DNA from: a virus
Virus record (IMG/VR): IMGVR_UViG_3300033144_005525
Coordinates: 31,402 to 63,401 of that record
Length of the DNA: 32,000 nt
Reading direction: 5' to 3' (one strand)
The notes below the pieces were generated by a model. It saw only the letters and a list, made by a program, of their open reading frames with translations, searched no databases and was not told where the DNA came from. Both the position numbers and the translations under genes were made by a program. Below are positions 24,314 to 28,464 of this stretch, piece by piece. Positions within the stretch are counted from its first letter, which is position 1. Each line of letters starts with the position of its first letter.

Positions 24314-24447
24314 AAGGACACTCTTCGCCGGCGGGCTATGCTCCCGCGTCTCCCTGGTGGTAAAGCGTCGCTGGGCCAGAAGGCGACTCCCACCTGACGG
24401 ATTGCTTCCACGTCTGGGTGTCTTGGCGCAGACCTCAGCAAAGAGTG
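24314..24447 (-). other. structured non-tRNA spacer (~134 nt)
   Basis: The ends pair (CACTCTT / AAGAGTG). Internal hairpins GCGGG-7nt-CCCGC, GTCGC-11nt-GCGAC and GGTGG...CCACC. No T-loop motif. Confidence 0.3.
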
Positions 24448-24522
24448 TGGTGCGGATGGCAGGGATCGAACCTGCTATCTCTTGCGTGTCGAGCAAGCGT
24501 CTTACCTCTTGACCACATCCGC
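24448..24522 (-). tRNA. tRNA-Val(GAC)
   Basis: Anticodon arm CTTGC-TCGACAC-GCAAG (C at position 33), T-arm GCAGG-TTCGATC-CCTGC. CCA encoded. Confidence 0.7.
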
Positions 24523-24525
24523 TTG

Positions 24526-24607
24526 TGGCCACCCCGGTCTCTATCCTCGCGTGTGGCTGGCCGTGTCACAGCCCTTTGGACTCACAACGAGGAGACCGAG
24601 GTGGCGG
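24526..24607 (-). ncRNA. rod-like hairpin ending in CCA (acceptor-minihelix-like)
   Basis: 13-bp terminal helix CCACCTCGGTCTC/GAGACCGGGGTGG. The mismatch is G-U only on the minus strand. The helix is followed by an encoded CCA, and there is no cloverleaf. Confidence 0.35.
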
Positions 24608-24680
24608 CGTCCCTGGGGAGAATCGAACTCCCGTCTCCGGCTTGAGAGGCCGGCAAACTGGGCCACTGTTCTACAGGGAC
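24608..24680 (-). tRNA. tRNA-Glu(CTC)
   Basis: Anticodon arm CCGGC-CTCTCAA-GCCGG, T-arm GGGAG-TTCGATT-CTCCC, G73. Confidence 0.8.
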
Positions 24681-24686
24681 AAGACT

Positions 24687-24762
24687 TGGCGCACCCCCTG
24701 GGAATCGAACCCAGCTCCCTCCGGTTAACAACCGTCCGCAATCACCAGATTGCTAGAGGTAC
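24687..24762 (-). tRNA. tRNA-Asn(GTT), weak anticodon stem
   Basis: Loop TTGTTAA closed by only 3 bp, D-arm GCAA-TCTGGTGA-TTGC. CCA encoded. Confidence 0.6.
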
Positions 24763-24766
24763 TCAG

Positions 24767-24838
24767 CTCCGAGAGAGAGACTCGAACTCCCAACCAGACC
24801 GTTAACAGCGGCCCGCTCTACCATTGAGCTACCTCGGA
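24767..24838 (-). tRNA. tRNA-Asn(GTT)
   Basis: Anticodon arm GGCCG-CTGTTAA-CGGTC, D-arm GCTC-AATGGTA-GAGC, U1-A72. Confidence 0.8.
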
Positions 24839-24842
24839 ATAG

Positions 24843-24991
24843 TGGGCCCCGGATGAATCGAACATCCATCTCCCGCCTTTCGGTTCCTCAAAGGGCTACG
24901 ACCTAGTACTTGAGTTAGCCACCTCTTTTCCGAGTCGCTGGGCTAAACCCCCTCGAGTCAACGGGCGCTCTACCGATTGAGCTAAAGACCC
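24843..24991 (-). tRNA. tRNA gene with a 77-nt structured insertion in the anticodon loop (anticodon undetermined)
   Basis: GGGTCTT-TA-GCTC-AATCGGTA-GAGC-G-CCCGT...[84 nt]...GCGGG-AGAT-GGATG-TTCGATT-CATCC-GGGGCCC-A. All four stems are in register except that 84 nt replace the 7-nt loop. Confidence 0.55.
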
Positions 24992-24995
24992 ATAG

Positions 24996-25030
24996 AGCTG
25001 GTGAGAGGAGTCGAGCCCACCCACCACAAC
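24996..25030 (-). pseudogene. 3' part (nt 39-73) of a split Thr(TGT)-like tRNA
   Basis: GTTGT-GGTGG-GTGGG-CTCGACT-CCTCT-CACCAGC-T. The acceptor strand is perfectly complementary to the 5' part at 25575-25611. Confidence 0.6.
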
Positions 25031-25038
25031 CAATATAG

Positions 25039-25111
25039 AGCCGGAGACAGGAATTGAACCCGCAACCCTCTGCTTACAAAGCAGTAGCTCTACCAATTGA
25101 GCTACTCCGGC
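25039..25111 (-). tRNA. tRNA-Thr(TGT)
   Basis: Anticodon arm ACTGC-TTTGTAA-GCAGA, D-arm GCTC-AATTGGTA-GAGC, T-arm GCGGG-TTCAATT-CCTGT. The 5' 37 nt overlap the HNH 3' end. Confidence 0.8.
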
Positions 25112-25532
25112 GACTTCGTCTTTCGTGAGTACGCTGCCTGTGGCAATTAGCACACACGAGATCGCATTTCTCGATCTCTTCCAGCACCTTCTTCTCGGTT
25201 GAGGACCTCACCAAGGTCGCGACAGCTGCCACTTTCTTACTACCCGGTCTGTGATCGAAATCCATTATCCACGGAGAGTAGGTCCTCCCACAATCCAAGC
25301 ACGGTTTGGTTTTCAGCCCATCTACAAGGACCTTCAACCTAATTCGCAATGCGTTGACGTTCCTTTTGGCTCTGGCTATCTCATGCTTCTTGTTGTTCTT
25401 GTAGTAGATCTTGTAGTAGTTCGCGGTGCATTCCTTACAGATCGAACCCAATCCGCCCCTCTTCTTAGAACAGGTCTTCGAGGTTCGTCTCTTCCCGCAC
25501 TTGCTACATGCCTTCTTCGGGGTGACTGGCAT
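25074..25532 (-). CDS. HNH endonuclease
   Basis: CSKCG...CLDCG...MDFDHRPGSKK...CDLVCANCHRQRTHER. Start is either ATG 25532 or TTG 25550. The stop lies inside tRNA-Thr(TGT). Confidence 0.75.
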   Translation of the reverse strand: MPVTPKKACSKCGKRRTSKTCSKKRGGLGSICKECTANYYKIYYKNNKKHEIARAKRNVNALRIRLKVLVDGLKTKPCLDCGRTYSPWIMDFDHRPGSKKVAAVATLVRSSTEKKVLEEIEKCDLVCANCHRQRTHERRSRRSSSIGRATAL

Positions 25533-25574
25533 CCTCTGAATGTAAACCAAGGAGAGTTGTAAATCAATCCATGT

Positions 25575-25611
25575 TTACAAAACCATTGCGCTACCGTTGC
25601 GCCACACCAGC
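25575..25611 (-). pseudogene. 5' part (nt 1-38) of a split Thr(TGT)-like tRNA
   Basis: GCTGGTG-TG-GCGC-AACGGTA-GCGC-A-ATGGT-TTTGTAA, then an unrelated leader of the HNH gene. Confidence 0.65.
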
Positions 25612-25622
25612 AGGAAAAACAA

Positions 25623-26132
25623 ATGGGAACAAAACCTAGAAACAACAATCCCTACAACATGGTTCCTTTCATACTCAAACCCAAACCTAGTCGTATTCGG
25701 TACTACTTGATACACAAGGACAACTCGGAGAACACCTTAAAGGCAATACGTCGTCGAAACCCTTTGCATCGAGGAATGCTGGAAAACAACTGGAACTGGT
25801 ATCTTGAGTCAAGAGCTAATCATGTCGTAATTGCCTACGACCCAAAATCCAGAGACCCCATCGTTGGTGCATTCAAGTTCGACTTTGGACGTAGATGGCA
25901 CTCAATTAACTCACATGGCACCTGGGTTCGTTCTTCCTTCCAACGCAGGGGGATAGCGAAGACCATGTGGATCACTGCGATCAGGAAGTTGAAGGTAGAG
26001 AGAGTAGAAGTACGAGTCGTATCAGACAGAGGACTCACCCTCATCTCGTCCATCAAGAAGAAGTTCCCACGAGTTCGATTCCAACTATGGGAAGACGGAG
26101 ACAGAAAACTCCGTCATCTGAAGGCTGCCTAG
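25623..26132 (+). CDS. GNAT-family N-acetyltransferase
   Basis: Motif A-like VRSSFQRRGIAKTMW (Q/RxxGxA). AGGAAA before the ATG. Confidence 0.5.
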   Translation: MGTKPRNNNPYNMVPFILKPKPSRIRYYLIHKDNSENTLKAIRRRNPLHRGMLENNWNWYLESRANHVVIAYDPKSRDPIVGAFKFDFGRRWHSINSHGTWVRSSFQRRGIAKTMWITAIRKLKVERVEVRVVSDRGLTLISSIKKKFPRVRFQLWEDGDRKLRHLKAA

Positions 26133-26136
26133 TTAG

Positions 26137-26208
26137 ATCCGGGACTGGGATTCGAACCCAAGATTGGCGGAGTCAAAGACCGCTGTCCTACCGTTGAACG
26201 ACCCCGGA
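26137..26208 (-). tRNA. tRNA-Gln(TTG)
   Basis: Anticodon arm GCGGT-CTTTGAC-TCCGC, U1-A72, T-arm CTGGG-TTCGAAT-CCCAG. Confidence 0.8.
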
Positions 26209-26209
26209 A

Positions 26210-26284
26210 TGGAGCTCGAGGTCAGATTCGAACTGACAACCTTTCCCTTACGAAGGGACTGCGCTGCCATTGCGCCACACGAGC
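26210..26284 (-). tRNA. tRNA-Thr(CGT)
   Basis: Anticodon arm GTCCC-TTCGTAA-GGGAA, D-arm GCGC-AATGGCA-GCGC. CCA encoded. Confidence 0.8.
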
Positions 26285-26285
26285 T

Positions 26286-26359
26286 TGGAGCGGATGAGGA
26301 GATTCGAACTCCTGTCATCAGATTGGAAGTCTGAGGCCCTGCCGTTGGACGACACCCGC
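26286..26359 (-). tRNA. tRNA-Gly(TCC)
   Basis: Anticodon arm TCAGA-CTTCCAA-TCTGA, U73. CCA encoded. Confidence 0.85.
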
Positions 26360-26360
26360 T

Positions 26361-26436
26361 TGGGGTGATCGATGGGATTCGAACCCACATCTCCCGATTC
26401 ACAGTCGGGATGCACTACCGTTGTGCTACGAACACC
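26361..26436 (-). tRNA. tRNA-His(GTG)
   Basis: Anticodon arm TCCCGA-CTGTGAA-TCGGGA. C73 with an encoded G-1. CCA encoded. Confidence 0.85.
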
Positions 26437-26437
26437 A

Positions 26438-26511
26438 TGGTCCCTCCGTGAAGAATCGAACTCCCGTCTGTCGGTTATCAGCCGACGGCTCTACCACTGA
26501 GCTACGAAGGG
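26438..26511 (-). tRNA. tRNA-Ile(GAT)
   Basis: Anticodon arm GTCGG-CTGATAA-CCGAC, D-arm GCTC-AGTGGTA-GAGC. CCA encoded. Confidence 0.85.
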
Positions 26512-26516
26512 GTGTT

Positions 26517-26588
26517 TGGTACCGAGACTCGGAATTGAACCGAGCAGAGCAGCCTTGTAAGAGCCGCCTCCGACCCAGCGGCCTCGGC
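26517..26588 (-). tRNA. tRNA-Val(TAC)
   Basis: Anticodon arm CGGCT-CTTACAA-GGCTG, T-arm CTCGG-TTCAATT-CCGAG. Reduced D-arm CCG-CTGGGT-CGG. CCA encoded. Confidence 0.7.
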
Positions 26589-26592
26589 ATAG

Positions 26593-26664
26593 TCGGAGTA
26601 GGGAGAATCGAACTCCCGATCTCACCGTCCCGAACGGTGCGCGATACCACTTCGCTACACTCCG
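26593..26664 (-). tRNA. tRNA-Pro(CGG)
   Basis: Anticodon arm CACCG-TTCGGGA-CGGTG, C1-G72, D-arm GCGA-AGTGGTA-TCGC. Confidence 0.85.
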
Positions 26665-26756
26665 AATTGTTCCCGAACGGGACAATTCGATTGATCACAG
26701 ACTTGATCTACCCAAGAACACCCCGTACAGAACTGTTTGCTCCCGATCGGGAATAG

Positions 26757-26827
26757 TCGCAACGTTGGGACTCGAACCCAAGCGGTCTCGCTTATGAGAC
26801 GAGCCTCCTAGCCCGTAGGTCGTTGCG
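26757..26827 (-). tRNA. tRNA(CAT), elongator Met or Ile2
   Basis: Anticodon arm CTCGT-CTCATAA-GCGAG, T-arm TTGGG-TTCGAGT-CCCAA. Reduced D-arm CCTA-CGGGC-TAGG. Confidence 0.7.
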
Positions 26828-26833
26828 ATAGAG

Positions 26834-26905
26834 TGGGCCTCCAGGGAATCGGACCCTGCCCTACCGGTTATGAGCCGGCGGCTCTACCCAGTGAGCTAAA
26901 GGCCC
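26834..26905 (-). tRNA. tRNA(CAT), elongator Met or Ile2
   Basis: Anticodon arm GCCGG-CTCATAA-CCGGT, D-arm GCTC-ACTGGGTA-GAGC, T-loop TCCGATT. Confidence 0.8.
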
Positions 26906-26907
26906 GG

Positions 26908-26977
26908 AGCATGTGTCGAGAATCGAACTCGCCCAGCACGGGTTGCAACCGTACACCAGCTCCAGCTGGTCACATGC
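26908..26977 (-). tRNA. tRNA-Cys(GCA)
   Basis: Anticodon arm TACGG-TTGCAAC-CCGTG, U73. Reduced D-arm CAGC-TGGA-GCTG. Confidence 0.75.
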
Positions 26978-26979
26978 AA

Positions 26980-27054
26980 TGGAGCAGGTGATGGGAATCG
27001 AACCCACCTATACGACGTTGGCAACGTCGTGCCTCACCAGTCGGCTTCACCTGC
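26980..27054 (-). tRNA. tRNA-Gly(GCC)
   Basis: Anticodon arm CGACG-TTGCCAA-CGTCG, U73. CCA encoded. Confidence 0.85.
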
Positions 27055-27262
27055 TTGACCCCGCCCCACTCAATAACGGCCCGTCGACCGTATCGGATAG
27101 CGTGGGAATCGGGAACGTCCACTATCAAAACGTCTCGAGCATTGGTACCTTCTGTTTGCGCGTCAGGGAGTTGCCTGTCCCCTGTAACGGTGGTCGACCT
27201 TGGTCGGCGGAGAAGCAAACGGTATCCGACTCCGTCAAAAGCAACAGGCACTTTTACGTTAG
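27055..27262 (-). other. ~208-nt structured spacer without canonical tRNA
   Basis: Long-range GTTTGC/GCAAAC pairing. Hairpins CAGGG-11nt-CCCTG and CGAC-CTTG-GTCG. One degenerate T-arm-like hairpin, GTGG-13nt-CCAC. Confidence 0.3.
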
Positions 27263-27335
27263 TCGGGGTGAGTGGATTCGAACCACCGGCTTCTCGCTTC
27301 CAAGGCGAGATGTCTGACCACTGACTTACACCCCG
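27263..27335 (-). tRNA. tRNA-Pro(TGG)
   Basis: Anticodon arm CTCGC-CTTGGAA-GCGAG, C1-G72, T-arm GGTGG-TTCGAAT-CCACT. Confidence 0.85.
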
Positions 27336-27337
27336 AA

Positions 27338-27409
27338 TGGTGGAGAATGAGGGTAACGCTCCCTCTCGGCCTTCCTTGCAAGGGATGGCTCCGGCCTTCC
27401 GGATTCCCC
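27338..27409 (-). tRNA. tRNA-Ala(TGC)
   Basis: Anticodon arm CATCC-CTTGCAA-GGAAG. G3-U70 present, A73, CCA encoded. Unusual T-loop AGCGTTA and reduced D-arm CCGG-AAGG-CCGG. Confidence 0.7.
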
Positions 27410-27414
27410 GTTAG

Positions 27415-27486
27415 TAGCCCCAGCGAGACTCGAACTCGCTTCCCCGGATTGAAAGCCCAGGATCCTAACCCATGGACGATGGGGCC
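27415..27486 (-). tRNA. tRNA-Glu(TTC)
   Basis: Anticodon arm CTGGG-CTTTCAA-TCCGG, T-arm GCGAG-TTCGAGT-CTCGC. Confidence 0.85.
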
Positions 27487-27487
27487 G

Positions 27488-27573
27488 TGGAGGAGGGCAT
27501 CGGATTCGAACCGAACGCTTTACAGCGCCGTCGACTTAGCAGGACGCGACAGCCCCTGGCTGCATTACCCTCC
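27488..27573 (-). tRNA. class II tRNA, probable Ser(GCT)
   Basis: 86 nt. Variable arm CGCT-GTAA-AGCG. Loop CTGCTAA, but the anticodon stem has only 3/5 pairs. CCA encoded. Confidence 0.55.
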
Positions 27574-27595
27574 AAGGTAAAAGCTTTTATCTTAG

Positions 27596-27680
27596 CGGAA
27601 GCGGGGAGAGTCGGACTCCCAAGGCCGTTAAGCTCGCCTGGTTTCGAACCAGGTGCAGTCGCCAATCTGCTTGCGCTTCC
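27596..27680 (-). tRNA. tRNA-Ser(CGA)
   Basis: Class II, 85 nt. Anticodon arm CCTGG-TTCGAAA-CCAGG, T-arm GGGAG-TCCGACT-CTCCC, G73. Confidence 0.8.
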
Positions 27681-27741
27681 AAAACACGCGGGCGTCCTGC
27701 CATTAGACGATCACTCCTCGTCGGTCAGGGCCGAACATCAA

Positions 27742-27766
27742 CAGAGCTCCTGGGACTCGAACCCAG
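27742..27766 (-). pseudogene. tRNA-like 3' fragment (T-arm + acceptor 3' strand)
   Basis: CTGGG-TTCGAGT-CCCAG-GAGCTCT-G. No matching 5' acceptor or anticodon arm found upstream. Confidence 0.35.
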
Positions 27767-27877
27767 ATTTCCCGCTTCTAAAATGACCTGCCCGCCGCTG
27801 TACGGACGGAGTTCACCTCTCGGTGCCAGACGCACCACGGCTGCGCTGGTTGGTGTTTAACGCCTACAGGTCGGCGG

Positions 27878-27950
27878 CGCCTCCGAAGGGAATCGAACCC
27901 TCCCACACAGCATAGACAGTGCCGCAGCACACCCAGGCGCTCGCGAAGGC
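27878..27950 (-). tRNA. tRNA-Asp(GTC)
   Basis: Anticodon arm CGGCA-CTGTCTA-TGCTG (T at position 37), D-arm AGCG-CCTGGGTG-TGCT, G73. Confidence 0.75.
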
Positions 27951-27959
27951 AAATCGGAG

Positions 27960-28033
27960 TCCCCTCGAGAGGAATTGAACCTCTAACCTTCCGGGTAAGA
28001 ACCGGCTGCGCTTCCTGATTGCGCCACGAAGGG
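27960..28033 (-). tRNA. tRNA-Lys(CTT)
   Basis: Anticodon arm GCCGG-TTCTTAC-CCGGA, D-arm GCGC-AATCAGGAA-GCGC, T-loop TTCAATT. Confidence 0.8.
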
Positions 28034-28040
28034 AAAGAAC

Positions 28041-28319
28041 ATGAACGAATGGAAAGACATATCCACCTACACCAAGAACGATGAAGAGAGGATCCCAAGC
28101 ATTTGGGAACTACGAGTCGGGAAGGTCCGTTTATTGGTCCATCGACACCTACACTACGAAGAGGATCAATGGCTCATGTCTGTGCACGGCGATGTCTCGG
28201 TGACCAATAGCCCTCTCCTGAAGAAGGATGTGGATGAAGCAAAGAGAGAAGCCATACAGGCTATGTTCACCTCTCTGGATAGGATGGCCAGAGAGTTCCG
28301 TGCCTATCTACGCAAGTAG
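28041..28319 (+). CDS. hypothetical protein
   Basis: 92-aa ORF with AAGGGAAAG before the ATG. Confidence 0.5.
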   Translation: MNEWKDISTYTKNDEERIPSIWELRVGKVRLLVHRHLHYEEDQWLMSVHGDVSVTNSPLLKKDVDEAKREAIQAMFTSLDRMAREFRAYLRK

Positions 28320-28386
28320 CAGACAACCGGGGAATCGAACCCCGCTGAGCGGTTTTGGAGACCACTATGATCCCAGATCGTCGTCT
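28320..28386 (-). tRNA. tRNA-Trp(CCA)
   Basis: Anticodon arm GTGGT-CTCCAAA-ACCGC, T-arm CGGGG-TTCGATT-CCCCG, G73. Reduced D-arm GATC-TGG-GATC. 67 nt. Confidence 0.7.
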
Positions 28387-28395
28387 ATATAGGTG

Positions 28396-28457
28396 CCCGC
28401 CTTCCAAGAAGTGCGCAGAGAGAGCATGCCACTCCCCCGCCTTCCCCTCAGTGCGCA
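28396..28457. repeat. two direct copies of CCCGCCTTCC-N5-GTGCGCA, 40 nt apart
   Basis: Copies at 28396-28417 and 28436-28457, in a tRNA-free spacer. Confidence 0.6.
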
Positions 28458-28464
28458 ACACCAG

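Larger units (their letters stand above)
25031..25574 (-). mobile_element. HNH endonuclease + tRNA-Thr(TGT) cassette inserted at the 38/39 junction of a Thr(TGT)-like tRNA
   Basis: 544 nt separate two tRNA parts of 37 and 35 nt, which would join into a 72-nt cloverleaf. Confidence 0.5.

Noticed and set aside
23975-24532. Long minus- and plus-strand ORFs inside the dense tRNA blocks. Examples are 23975-24532 (185 aa), 24482-24805, 26913-27317, 27778-28098, 28731-29069 and 28792-29205.
   Set aside because: They read straight through several tRNA genes and have R/S/G/P-rich junk-like composition. They also lack SD sequences. They are by-products of GC-rich stable-RNA sequence without stop codons.
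22956-25574. The HNH-containing insertions in the two tRNA genes could be group I introns.
   Set aside because: Almost all of each insertion is taken up by the HNH ORF plus a complete tRNA. This leaves no room for a ~200-nt group I catalytic core, and I saw no P-helix-like conserved elements. A free-standing homing-endonuclease cassette fits better, as known for segB in the T4 tRNA cluster.
27596-27680. A Ser-type class II tRNA apparently carrying an Arg anticodon (TCG).
   Set aside because: This was my own reverse-complement slip on a near-palindromic stretch. The correct minus-strand loop is TTCGAAA, which gives anticodon CGA (Ser) and is fully orthodox.
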